Virus record (IMG/VR): IMGVR_UViG_3300009446_000003
Coordinates: 1 to 49,440 of that record
Source of the DNA: a virus
DNA length: 49,440 nt
Strand: one strand, 5' to 3'
Shown: positions 7,624 through 15,425 of the stretch, piece by piece
Position numbering within the stretch: position 1 is the first letter of the stretch
Layout: every line of letters begins with the position of its first letter
Made by a program: the position numbers and the translations under genes
The notes under the pieces: model-generated
What the model was told of the DNA's origin: nothing
Seen by the model: the letters and a program-made list of their open reading frames with translations, nothing else
Databases searched by the model: none

Positions 7624-8742
7624 ATGGTAGAATTTTTTGAAACTAGAAGGTTGAAGGGAAGCATTAAGATAAAGTTAAAAAATGATGATGGTTCTTACAA
7701 GGTATGGCAATGTGATAAGTGGACTATTTGCAATGAGATTATAAAGGTTGTCAATGAATATGTTAAGGATAAATTCACGTTATCACTAAGGCAATTGTAT
7801 TATCAATTGGTTAGTAAGGATTTGATACCAAACCATGACACTGCTTATAAGAAAATTTCGTCTTTATTAGATGACCTGAGATATTCAGGCATGATTGATT
7901 GGTCAGCTTTTGAAGATAGAACACGAATACCTTACATACCTTATTATGTCAGTGGCATAGAAGATGCTTTGGACGATATTTATTACCAATACAGACTAGA
8001 TAGACAAAGGTATCAAGATACAATAGTTGAAGTTTGGACAGAGAAGGACGCAATAAGCGGAATTTTAAAGCCTATAACTTCAAAGTATCATATTAAGCTT
8101 GTAGTGAACAAGGGTTATTCCAGCAGTTCAGCAATGCATAAGGCTTATGATAGATTTGTTCCACATATCAAAGCAGGTAAGAAGATAAAAGTTTTATATT
8201 TCGGTGACCATGATCCTTCTGGAATAGATATGATTAGAGATATACAAGATAGGATAAATTTATTCATTTCTAAAGGTGAAAAGCTACGCGATATTATTAA
8301 CCAACATTTTATTGATAGTGATTATGATGCTAGTGACATTACTTATTTAGATGATAAATACCTGAAATTGATTGACAATGATAATTATGATTCACAAGAA
8401 GAACTTTGGGATGCTGGTTGTGGTCAAATGTTTGTTGATGATGTTGAGCCATTTAATGTTGAATGTGTTGGATTGACTATGGATCAGATACAAAAATTTA
8501 AACCACCACCTAACCCTGCAAAAATTTCTGACCCTAGAGCAAAGTGGTATATACAAAAGTTTGGTCCTGTAAGTTGGGAGGTTGACGCGATTAAACCAAA
8601 GGAGATGCAAAGGATAATAGAAGATAGTATATTGAATAATATAAATGTTGAGAAATTTGAAGAAATGAGAAGCCTTGAAAAAACTCATAAAAAAATACTA
8701 AATCAATTGAAAGATTATTACGTAGATACAATAAAACAATAA
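7624..8742 (+). CDS. Topoisomerase VI subunit A / Spo11-like protein (5Y-CAP plus Toprim), stand-alone
   Basis: LSLRQLYYQLV (catalytic Tyr motif R-x-L-Y-Y), VEVWTEKDAI (Toprim Glu), VNKGYSSSSA and VLYFGDHDPSGIDMIRDI (DxDPxG Toprim acidic motif), in the canonical order. Confidence 0.65.
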   Translation: MVEFFETRRLKGSIKIKLKNDDGSYKVWQCDKWTICNEIIKVVNEYVKDKFTLSLRQLYYQLVSKDLIPNHDTAYKKISSLLDDLRYSGMIDWSAFEDRTRIPYIPYYVSGIEDALDDIYYQYRLDRQRYQDTIVEVWTEKDAISGILKPITSKYHIKLVVNKGYSSSSAMHKAYDRFVPHIKAGKKIKVLYFGDHDPSGIDMIRDIQDRINLFISKGEKLRDIINQHFIDSDYDASDITYLDDKYLKLIDNDNYDSQEELWDAGCGQMFVDDVEPFNVECVGLTMDQIQKFKPPPNPAKISDPRAKWYIQKFGPVSWEVDAIKPKEMQRIIEDSILNNINVEKFEEMRSLEKTHKKILNQLKDYYVDTIKQ

Positions 8743-8766
8743 TTTTTAAACAAATAAACAAACAAA

Positions 8767-9210
8767 ATGAATAAAGTAATGAATAAGGAAACACAAACAA
8801 ACAAAGATATTTTCGATTTGTGTTTTTCAAGATTAGACATATCTAAGGGTGATTGGTCTGTTTATAGAACAGACAACAACCCTTTAGAGGACGAGTTTAA
8901 TTTAGTTGTTCATCATTCTAACGGTTATAGAATAGTTCTAACCAAAGAAAAATATGTAAATCCAAAAGACAAAAATTTTTCTTGGCAGAAACTTCAATTA
9001 AACCCATTAGAGTTTGATGAAAACGGGTTTCGATATGAATATTATTCAGATGTTGAAGAAAGCGGATATATAGATATATGCAATACTGATTTTCTTAATT
9101 TGATAACCAAAGAAAATGAAACCACACAAGAACAAAAAAAACAGATAATCATGCCAACTCAAAAAACAGATAATTTTAGCAAATATTTTTATAAACAAAC
9201 AAACATTTAA
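8767..9210 (+). CDS. Hypothetical protein
   Basis: 147-aa ORF preceded by AAACAAATAAACAAACAAA. Confidence 0.5.
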   Translation: MNKVMNKETQTNKDIFDLCFSRLDISKGDWSVYRTDNNPLEDEFNLVVHHSNGYRIVLTKEKYVNPKDKNFSWQKLQLNPLEFDENGFRYEYYSDVEESGYIDICNTDFLNLITKENETTQEQKKQIIMPTQKTDNFSKYFYKQTNI

Positions 9211-9232
9211 ACAAACAAACAAATATTTATTT

Positions 9233-9637
9233 ATGCAAATTATTAATATTGAGAAAGCATGTATTGCAATGTGCTTAGTTAAGGAGATTTTCAAATTTTC
9301 CATTTATCTAAATTTGAATTTTGAATTTCATGACAACACACAAATCGGTTCATTGTTTAAGAGCAGAAATGACGGGCATATATATTCAGAGAATCATATT
9401 TTTACTGAATGGTATTTTATGAATTGCTATGAGTCAGAAAATCCTTTGGCTAAAATTGTTATAATGAAACATCAAAGAGGTGACATGGGTATTTTGGTTG
9501 AAGAAAAACCCAATGGAAAAACAACCATTAAAACGATGGACGGTCAATTGTTTACAGCTTCTAAGGATCAGTTTATTATTTTGAAATTACAAGGTGGAAT
9601 GTTAGCGAAGCCAGCTAAAAATACAACCAATGAGTAA
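9233..9637 (+). CDS. Hypothetical protein
   Basis: 134-aa ORF preceded by AAACAAACAAACATTTAAACAAACAAACAAATATTTATTT. Confidence 0.5.
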   Translation: MQIINIEKACIAMCLVKEIFKFSIYLNLNFEFHDNTQIGSLFKSRNDGHIYSENHIFTEWYFMNCYESENPLAKIVIMKHQRGDMGILVEEKPNGKTTIKTMDGQLFTASKDQFIILKLQGGMLAKPAKNTTNE

Positions 9638-9875
9638 GGGCGTAAGAAGATCAAAATTTTTAGATAGGTTTGATATTCCATCATCTAAAGAACTAAAGGA
9701 AGTAGGAGAGGTTAATTTTGATTTAAAACATTGGTTTTGGACTTTGGTTTATGTATTTCCAGTGAAATGTATTTGGAATTGGGTAATGGTTCATATTTTC
9801 TGCTGTTCAAGTATTACTATATGGCAGCTACTTGGACTGTATGCCATTGTGAGGTTCTTTTTTAGAGCTAAATAG
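9630..9875 (+). CDS. Small membrane protein
   Basis: 81 aa, 8-nt overlap with the upstream gene, two hydrophobic helices (WFWTLVYVFPV..., ITIWQLLGLYAIVRFFF). Confidence 0.45.
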   Translation: MSKGVRRSKFLDRFDIPSSKELKEVGEVNFDLKHWFWTLVYVFPVKCIWNWVMVHIFCCSSITIWQLLGLYAIVRFFFRAK

Positions 9876-9991
9876 GCTGTTAATTTGCGTCTATCATAAT
9901 TTTGGTAGGCGTAAATTTTTTAACTCAAATTTGTACGGGAAACAGCAATTAACTATATTTACAACCGATAGCAACCGATAAAAACACAAAT

Positions 9992-10023
9992 AGTGATTTT
10001 TGCAACTGGTGCATTCATATCAA
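9992..10023 (+). repeat. 32-bp direct repeat copy 1 (AGTGATTTTTGCAACTGGTGCATTCATATCAA)
   Basis: 30/32 identical to 10332-10363. The two copies bracket the zinc-ribbon gene. Confidence 0.85.
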
Positions 10024-10057
10024 CAACAATAAACAAATAAACAAATAAACATTTATT

Positions 10058-10336
10058 ATGAGCGAAGAACTAGATTTTTATCCAAAAAGAGAAAACGAAT
10101 CCCCTAAACACAAAGAGAAAGGGGAATACAGAAGGTTTAGTGGCGAATTAAAAGTGAAAACTTTTTTTCTTCCAGATGGATCAGAAAGTAAGTTACAGTA
10201 TTATGGGTCAAGCATTGAAGGTTGTGATTTATTTTGCGGTCAATGCCAACACTGGAATACCATAAAAAATGAAAGTGTTTTTTTTGGCGTGGTAGGTGAT
10301 TGCAAAAAATGTGGCGAGTCTTGGATTGAAAAGTGA
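10058..10336 (+). CDS. Small zinc-ribbon protein (CGQC...CKKC)
   Basis: 92-aa ORF with AAACAAATAAACAAATAAACATTTATT leader and two CxxC pairs near the C-terminus. Confidence 0.55.
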   Translation: MSEELDFYPKRENESPKHKEKGEYRRFSGELKVKTFFLPDGSESKLQYYGSSIEGCDLFCGQCQHWNTIKNESVFFGVVGDCKKCGESWIEK

Positions 10337-10363
10337 TTTTTGTAACTGGTGCATTTATATCAA
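10332..10363 (+). repeat. 32-bp direct repeat copy 2 (AGTGATTTTTGTAACTGGTGCATTTATATCAA)
   Basis: Overlaps the TGA stop codon of 10058..10336. Confidence 0.85.
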
Positions 10364-10437
10364 GAATTATGGACCCGAAAGGGTTATATAACTGCATACA
10401 TTTATTAGACTAAAATTTTCTTTAGAACAAATAAACA

Positions 10438-10511
10438 ATCGCAGTCTGATAGTTCAATTTGGTAGAACGCATGGCAACGTGAAATACGGTTCAAGTCCGC
10501 ACGGCTGCGAT
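10438..10511 (+). tRNA. tRNA-like element, probably degenerate (D-arm, T-arm and acceptor-like pairing present, no foldable anticodon stem)
   Basis: TAGTTCAATTTGGTAGAAC is a canonical D-arm. TACGG-TTCAAGT-CCGCA is a T-arm with the TTCAAGT loop. ATCGCAG/CTGCGAT are 7-bp complementary ends. I could not fold the 10469-10484 segment into an anticodon arm by hand. Confidence 0.4.
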
Positions 10512-10533
10512 TTTAAACAAAAAAATATTTATT

Positions 10534-10857
10534 ATGGCAAAGGCTGAACAAAGGTTGTCAATAAACGAATGGAATTATTACGATAATATAACAAGTATTG
10601 GAATCGTTGATGGTGTTCATAAGTCGCTTGAATTTCTGCATAATTGCTATGCAAATCATAACAGAAACGAGTTAGCTTGTATTTCGGTTTTTGATGCAGT
10701 AAAAGAAAATCAAAGATCATATGCAAATACCTACATTTACTCATATGATCCAAGTGTTGTAATATTTGATATTGTTTCAAATATGAGCCTATTAGACTAT
10801 CCATCTGATTTAATTTCATTTGTAGTTGATGGAATATTTATACATAGAGATGCATAA
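10534..10857 (+). CDS. Hypothetical protein
   Basis: 107-aa ORF preceded by AAACAAAAAAATATTTATT; preferred over the antisense ORF 10532..10819. Confidence 0.5.
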   Translation: MAKAEQRLSINEWNYYDNITSIGIVDGVHKSLEFLHNCYANHNRNELACISVFDAVKENQRSYANTYIYSYDPSVVIFDIVSNMSLLDYPSDLISFVVDGIFIHRDA

Positions 10858-10875
10858 ACAAACAAATAAACAAAT

Positions 10876-11364
10876 ATGAATAACAAAAAAATTTTAGATT
10901 TGGTTGATATTCTTTATGATGAAATGAACAATACACCTGCTGGTCATCATAATTATTTTACAAATGAATATTTAGGATTGAGCGCACAATATGACGACAA
11001 TTTTATTACTGACACAATAGAAATGAATCTTAATGTTGTATCTGACTATGCAATTTTTAATTTTGTGTTTAATCTAAAAAATATAGATGATTATCAAGAT
11101 TTAAAAAATCTAGCTAAATTCATAATAGAATCGGGTTTTGATAGCAATATTGACAATCAAGTATGCATAAGAAAAAAAACAAAGAATAGTAATTCACTAT
11201 TGATTCAGGAATTGAGTAAGTCAATTCCTAGATTATATTCAGGAGATTTAGAAATTGATGAATTTAATAAAAATCTTATACCTATTATTGGTCTTGAAAA
11301 AGTCAATAAGCTTAATATTAAATTTGATAAAACATATAAACAAACAAATGAGTATTTTAGATAG
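10876..11364 (+). CDS. Hypothetical protein
   Basis: 162-aa ORF preceded by AAACAAACAAATAAACAAAT. Confidence 0.5.
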   Translation: MNNKKILDLVDILYDEMNNTPAGHHNYFTNEYLGLSAQYDDNFITDTIEMNLNVVSDYAIFNFVFNLKNIDDYQDLKNLAKFIIESGFDSNIDNQVCIRKKTKNSNSLLIQELSKSIPRLYSGDLEIDEFNKNLIPIIGLEKVNKLNIKFDKTYKQTNEYFR

Positions 11365-11608
11365 TAGGGTGGAATTTTCTTCAGAGCAATACCCTAAAAA
11401 TTTATTAAATGGAATTGTCAGGAGCAAATACAGTGGCATAGTAGCAGTTACAAATGAATATCCAACAATCGAAGGCTATGCATTAGTTCAGTGTAAGCAA
11501 TATGTTTCTATTGATTTTTATATTATAGAAATGGATTCAGGAGAATTGAAACATGTTACGTGTGATAGTTTGTTGAGAATAATTGCAGATAAACAAATAA
11601 ATATTTAA
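11348..11608 (+). CDS. Hypothetical protein
   Basis: ATG at 11348 preceded by ATAAACAAACAA. The longer form from 11255 would overlap the upstream gene by 110 nt. Confidence 0.45.
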   Translation: MSILDSRVEFSSEQYPKNLLNGIVRSKYSGIVAVTNEYPTIEGYALVQCKQYVSIDFYIIEMDSGELKHVTCDSLLRIIADKQINI

Positions 11609-12229
11609 ATGGCTAAGAATAAAGAAGAAAGACCTAAAGGCAATGGCGGTAACAGGAGAATACATGAACATCCAAATGCTAATACAAATGGACTTGATAA
11701 GAATCCGCAAAATATAAATAAAGATGGTCGTAACAGGACTTTGAAGGCGATGTTTGATAAGCTACAGGAGGAAGATTCGTGTATATGGCTAAATACCTCG
11801 TTTACAGGCACAGAAAGACAGTTTAAGGCATTTGCTAGTAAAACTAATTTTAAGCACCGTATCATAACTAAAAAGAATGATACAAAAGCCTATTTCTTAG
11901 GTGTTCAGTTATCCAAGCCTGAAGCAATGATGCTGAGACTAGATAAGATACTAATGAACGGATCAGATGCAACTGCATTGAAAGGCTTTATATTTTTATG
12001 GGAACAGCAAGTGGGGAAGGCAAGGACAACAATTCAATTAGAGAATACAGAAGATCAAACGTTTTCTTTTGATGGTCTAATGTCAATAGTGGATACTAAA
12101 CCAAAGAGCTTATCAGAAAAGAAAGTATTGTCAATTATCAAATATGTAATAGATGTATTTGAAAAACCAGACTTGCCAGTTAAGTTCAAAGATAAATTAA
12201 TTAGAAAATTAAAAAGTCTTACAAAATAA
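11609..12229 (+). CDS. Basic N-terminus protein, possibly a DNA-binding or small-terminase-like (DUF5681-like) protein
   Basis: MAKNKEERPKGNGGNRR...GLDKNPQNINKDGRNRT is loosely reminiscent of GNP.GRP motifs. Weak call from composition only. Confidence 0.3.
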   Translation: MAKNKEERPKGNGGNRRIHEHPNANTNGLDKNPQNINKDGRNRTLKAMFDKLQEEDSCIWLNTSFTGTERQFKAFASKTNFKHRIITKKNDTKAYFLGVQLSKPEAMMLRLDKILMNGSDATALKGFIFLWEQQVGKARTTIQLENTEDQTFSFDGLMSIVDTKPKSLSEKKVLSIIKYVIDVFEKPDLPVKFKDKLIRKLKSLTK

Positions 12230-12295
12230 ACATGACTCATAAATATTCCGTATATTTGAATCGTTGTTGTTTCAAACTCATTGTTTGCTCATTAA

Positions 12296-12328
12296 AGCCC
12301 ATAGTAGAAGTTATTTCTATTATGGGCT
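12296..12328. terminator. Bidirectional hairpin terminator between convergent genes
   Basis: 12-bp stem AGCCCATAGTAG / CTATTATGGGCT (one G-T pair) with a 9-nt loop. Confidence 0.6.
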
Positions 12329-12335
12329 TGTTGAT

Positions 12336-12704
12336 TTATACAACTTTCTTGCCTTGCTCAATTTCATTTATGTAATCGCTAAATCTTTCAATCATTTCTG
12401 AATTATAAGCCAATTCGTAATCATCCAGTAAATAAGTAATTGATGCAATTAATTGTTGTTTCTGTGTCTGTGTGAATTTACTTGGTATAACGGTGGTCCA
12501 TTTTATAGGTATTTTAACCTGTTTGTTCCATGCGGTTATTAGTTCGGATTGATTTTGGTGAACAAAAGAGCATGGACATGGTGAATGTGGGCTATGTGAT
12601 ATACAATGCCAAGTTATAGTACCATCACTAGACTTTCCTTGAATATCTAACTTTATATCATCCGTACCACAAAAAGGGCAGTTTATCAAATCTAAATTTT
12701 CCAT
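12336..12704 (-). CDS. Lar-like (restriction alleviation family) zinc-ribbon N-terminal domain protein
   Basis: NCPFCGTDDIKL...WHCISHSPHSPCPC...ELITAWNKQ resembles the Lar_restr_allev pattern CPFCG...v.C..C...eAi.aWN.R. Confidence 0.5.
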   Translation of the reverse strand: MENLDLINCPFCGTDDIKLDIQGKSSDGTITWHCISHSPHSPCPCSFVHQNQSELITAWNKQVKIPIKWTTVIPSKFTQTQKQQLIASITYLLDDYELAYNSEMIERFSDYINEIEQGKKVV

Positions 12705-12708
12705 ATAT

Positions 12709-13086
12709 TTATCTTTTTACATTTAGGTTATTAAGATAGTTGTACTTAGTGGTTCCGTATATAGATTTTTCCTTGATAGGCTCAATTGAATTTTGCGTTG
12801 CTCCTATCCTTGTTTGACCTGAATTAATGATCTTTTCATTATGGTCAATTATTCTGATTAGATCAATTACCATTTCGTTAGTATAGCCTGTTATGTCCAG
12901 ATGCCATATCACAAAGTTGTTTATCTCAATGTTGATCTTCTTAATGAAAACCATCTGTTCATCTCTATGGAATGTCACATATGCGTAATCATTAGTAAAT
13001 TGCAAATGATTATCTGACTTTTTAACAAGCTCGTATTTACAGAATTTAACAAAGTGAAATATCAACACGTCAGTTATATCTTTCAT
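12709..13086 (-). CDS. Hypothetical protein (P-cassette driven)
   Basis: ATG at 13086 (MKDITDV...) chosen because the longer ORF to 13188 reads through the conserved promoter/leader cassette. Confidence 0.5.
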   Translation of the reverse strand: MKDITDVLIFHFVKFCKYELVKKSDNHLQFTNDYAYVTFHRDEQMVFIKKINIEINNFVIWHLDITGYTNEMVIDLIRIIDHNEKIINSGQTRIGATQNSIEPIKEKSIYGTTKYNYLNNLNVKR

Positions 13087-13190
13087 TATGATTGTTTTAA
13101 GTTGAATTTTACGCGGTTGATCCGCTAATGTATAACAAAGATAATTCAAACTATCCAAACAAACAAATATTTGTTTGTTTATTTTCAATA
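13087..13190 (-). promoter_or_regulatory. P cassette copy 1: 24-bp palindrome AAACAAACAAATATTTGTTTGTTT (13157-13180), TATCTTTG -7 box, GCGG..CCGC leader hairpin
   Basis: Member of the 11-copy family. The leader 3' part has diverged. Confidence 0.6.
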
Positions 13191-13210
13191 AATATTTAAT
13201 CCTATTTTAT

Positions 13211-13380
13211 TTAAAATAAATAAACAAATGTTTGTTTGTTTTAAAATTTGTTCGTATCTTGCTACAAAGTTCTGTCCACATTGAAAAATAATTTAAAATA
13301 AATAAACAAATGTTTGTTTGTTTTAAAAATAGTTCGTATCTTGCTACAAAATTCCGTCCACACTTACACCATAGGCAAAA
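13211..13380 (+). repeat. Two tandem R modules (~81-89 bp each), P-promoter paralogs facing away from the downstream P cassette
   Basis: AAATAAATAAACAAATGTTTGTTTGTTTTAAAA(T/A)T(T/A)GTTCGTATCTTGCTACAAA(G/A)TTC(T/C)GTCCACA, aligns with the P cassette through the TATCTT box. Confidence 0.7.
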
Positions 13381-13388
13381 AAATGGAT

Positions 13389-13448
13389 TATAATCAATTA
13401 AAAGCTTTACCCTCTATTATACAAGGGCAAAGCTTTTAATTGATTATA
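13389..13448 (-). terminator. Rho-independent terminator: 25-bp stem (1 mismatch) followed by a T7 run on the minus strand
   Basis: TATAATCAATTAAAAGCTTTACCCT / AGGGCAAAGCTTTTAATTGATTATA. The minus strand continues CCATTTTTTTGCC. Overlaps the stop codon of 13444..13800. Confidence 0.75.
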
Positions 13449-13800
13449 CAAGGCTAAAACCGTAGATAGTTTTGATTTCCTTGCCTTTTATTATCCTATT
13501 GAGTAACTGTCCCAAAGTGTTAGACGTTTCTTTGTGCTTCCAATCATAGAAGGATTGTAAACGCTGAAGGTGTTCAAGGGTAACCCCTTTTATTGCTTGA
13601 TCCCAATATCTATTGGCTAACATATCATCATCACTAACCCTTTGATTTTTCTCAAATCTAAGGCTGTATGTATATCTGATACTTAATTGCAATAACTCGT
13701 AAGACTTCTGAAAATCTTCTTTTCTTTCTGTTGCATACTTTGCAATTTCTAATTTAATTTCTTCTGTAAATTCTGGAAATTCTGGAAATTCTGAAAACAT
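13444..13800 (-). CDS. Hypothetical protein (P-cassette driven)
   Basis: 118-aa ORF starting directly after the conserved leader ...CTTTATACAG-ATG. Confidence 0.55.
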   Translation of the reverse strand: MFSEFPEFPEFTEEIKLEIAKYATERKEDFQKSYELLQLSIRYTYSLRFEKNQRVSDDDMLANRYWDQAIKGVTLEHLQRLQSFYDWKHKETSNTLGQLLNRIIKGKEIKTIYGFSLV

Positions 13801-13897
13801 CTGTATAAAGTTTTTAAAGGTTGTGCGGTTGATCCGCTAATGTATAACAAAGATAATTCAAATTATTTAAACAAACAAATATTTGTTTGTTTATTTT
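13801..13897 (-). promoter_or_regulatory. P cassette copy 2 (palindrome 13869-13892)
   Basis: Near-identical promoter/operator/leader sequence. Confidence 0.65.
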
Positions 13898-13901
13898 AAA
13901 A

Positions 13902-14102
13902 TTATCTTTGGATAGTATCAATACCAATATAGTTTGGGTTTTTCTCCAAAATCTTATCCCTAAACAAATTTATATATTTAGTATATTCATCTTTTGAAAA
14001 ATTGCTTATTACATAAAGATGGTATTTTGTTTTAGTCTTTTGTGTCTTTGCGTTACTTGCCTTTGTTGCTAACTGACTAATTGACATTTGATCTATTTTC
14101 AT
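13902..14102 (-). CDS. Hypothetical small protein
   Basis: 66-aa ORF, second gene of a two-gene unit. Confidence 0.45.
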   Translation of the reverse strand: MKIDQMSISQLATKASNAKTQKTKTKYHLYVISNFSKDEYTKYINLFRDKILEKNPNYIGIDTIQR

Positions 14103-14112
14103 TTATCCGATT

Positions 14113-14325
14113 TTAAAGGCTTATTAAAATTATTTCACTTGCTGTATATTGACAACCATCTATAGAATACAATAGTACTGAGTCGGTGTCTATGCTATCA
14201 ATATTAGACACTTTCAAGGGTATTTCCTCACCTATGTCATGTTTTCCATTTATAGACCTTACGCCTACTGTTTGACCTATTTCCAAATCTTTATCATGTG
14301 TTAATTTCCAAATAAAGGCATCCAT
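14113..14325 (-). CDS. Hypothetical small protein (P-cassette driven)
   Basis: 70-aa ORF starting directly after ...TTTATATCAAT-ATG. Confidence 0.5.
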   Translation of the reverse strand: MDAFIWKLTHDKDLEIGQTVGVRSINGKHDIGEEIPLKVSNIDSIDTDSVLLYSIDGCQYTASEIILISL

Positions 14326-14430
14326 ATTGATATAAAGGTTTAAAATGTTGTGCGACTAATCGCTAATGTATATCAAAGATAATTCAAATAAACCAAATAA
14401 ACAAATGTTTGTTTGTTTATTTGGTTTATT
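14326..14430 (-). promoter_or_regulatory. P cassette copy 3 (variant operator AAACCAAATAAACAAA-N6-TTTGTTTATTTGGTTT; GCGA..TCGC hairpin variant)
   Basis: 16-bp arms at 14390-14405 and 14412-14427. Confidence 0.6.
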
Positions 14431-14437
14431 TGGTTAA

Positions 14438-15169
14438 TTAATTAATTGATATTCTAGACTTGTTATAGCTTCCAGAAATTCCAGAATTTAAGTTAACATT
14501 ATTTCCAATATCAGAGCCTTTTTTGTAAGCATTTCTATTTGTGTTAATTCGGGCAGACGGTCCGTTTTTGGTTCTTACTCCTGTTTTTTTCAAGAATAAC
14601 TTATAATCTGATTCAACTATTTTCATTTTGTTAGTTTCTACTAGTCCATATTCTACAGAGCTATAATTGTCTTTATTCAACAATGACAGCCTATCATATA
14701 TCGACATACTAAAACCTTTGCAAAAGTCAGTACATTTACTTTTGCCATGCCTTGAATCATTTTTATATACTGCTGTTTTCTTGAATTTTGTTAATTCTGA
14801 AAACATAGTGTTATAAATAAAATTGTAAAAGTATTCAAACAATAAAATGTCTTTCTTTGATCCAAATATCACATATTCATTTTCTGTATTTATATAACCA
14901 CAACAGTTATATAGTAGGCGCAATTGAGGCACAAAGAAATTAGTCTTATATTTGAATTTATCAAATATCTTTACTTTTTTAAATTGGTTTTTGTCCCTAT
15001 CTTGTTTTTTCAAATCTGATTGACTTATATTGTATTTGTTCATCATTTTTTTAGCCTTAGATATGGCTGTCAATGTCTCGTTTTCGCTTGCACCTGAATC
15101 ATTAGACATTCTAATCAGAGAATTAATTGTATTCGTTATAGATTCTTTTTTTTCGTCTGAAATTTTCAT
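14438..15169 (-). CDS. DUF2786-like N-terminal domain protein
   Basis: TINSLIRMSNDSGASENETLTAISKAKKMMNKYNI resembles the DUF2786 pattern (i.kLL.la......EA..Al.kA..Lm.ky.i). Confidence 0.5.
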   Translation of the reverse strand: MKISDEKKESITNTINSLIRMSNDSGASENETLTAISKAKKMMNKYNISQSDLKKQDRDKNQFKKVKIFDKFKYKTNFFVPQLRLLYNCCGYINTENEYVIFGSKKDILLFEYFYNFIYNTMFSELTKFKKTAVYKNDSRHGKSKCTDFCKGFSMSIYDRLSLLNKDNYSSVEYGLVETNKMKIVESDYKLFLKKTGVRTKNGPSARINTNRNAYKKGSDIGNNVNLNSGISGSYNKSRISIN

Positions 15170-15265
15170 ATTAATATAAGTTTTAAAGGTTATGCGGTTG
15201 CTCCGCTAATGCATAACAAAGATAATTCAAATTATTTAAACAAACAAATATTTGTTTGTTTATTT
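15170..15265 (-). promoter_or_regulatory. P cassette copy 4 (palindrome 15238-15261)
   Basis: Near-identical promoter/operator/leader sequence. Confidence 0.65.
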
Positions 15266-15284
15266 TGCAAATAAAATTCATTGA

Positions 15285-15380
15285 AAAATAATTTAAAATA
15301 AATAAACAAATGTTTGTTTATTTTAAAATTTGTTCGTATCTTGCTACAAAATTCCGTCCACACTTAAACCACAGGCAAAA
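15285..15380 (+). repeat. R module (one full copy plus the junction remnant of a second)
   Basis: About 90% identical to 13292-13380; part of the left copy of the inverted repeat paired with 18176-18320. Confidence 0.7.
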
Positions 15381-15386
15381 TTTTTA

Positions 15387-15419
15387 ATATCCAGTAGTAC
15401 AATTTGCACTACTGGATAT
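15387..15419 (-). terminator. Hairpin terminator ATATCCAGTAGT-N9-ACTACTGGATAT
   Basis: 12-bp perfect stem directly after the stop of 15426..15845. The same hairpin occurs inverted at 18180-18212. Confidence 0.65.
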
Positions 15420-15425
15420 ATATTA

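Noticed and set aside
10438-10511. The tRNA-like element as attP for integration into a host tRNA gene
   Set aside because: No tyrosine or serine recombinase could be recognised anywhere in the replicon, and a plasmid-type replication module is present. I keep it only as a minor alternative in the finding.
10532-10819. Minus-strand ORF 10532..10819
   Set aside because: It almost exactly mirrors the plus-strand ORF 10534..10857, which has the typical A-rich leader and fits the co-directional operon.
12709-13188. Longer 159-aa form of the minus-strand ORF starting at 13188
   Set aside because: The first 34 codons read through the conserved P cassette (palindrome, -7 box, hairpin). The ATG at 13086 sits where the other cassettes place their start codons.
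13211-13380. R modules (here and at 15285, 18216, 18940) as a CRISPR-like repeat-spacer array
   Set aside because: The whole ~81-bp period is conserved between copies, so there are no variable spacers. The conserved part aligns with the P promoter instead.
13382-13438. 18-codon micro-ORF (MDYNQLKALPSIIQGQSF) downstream of an R module
   Set aside because: It lies entirely within the 25-bp-stem terminator hairpin, and the equivalent positions of the other R modules have no ATG.
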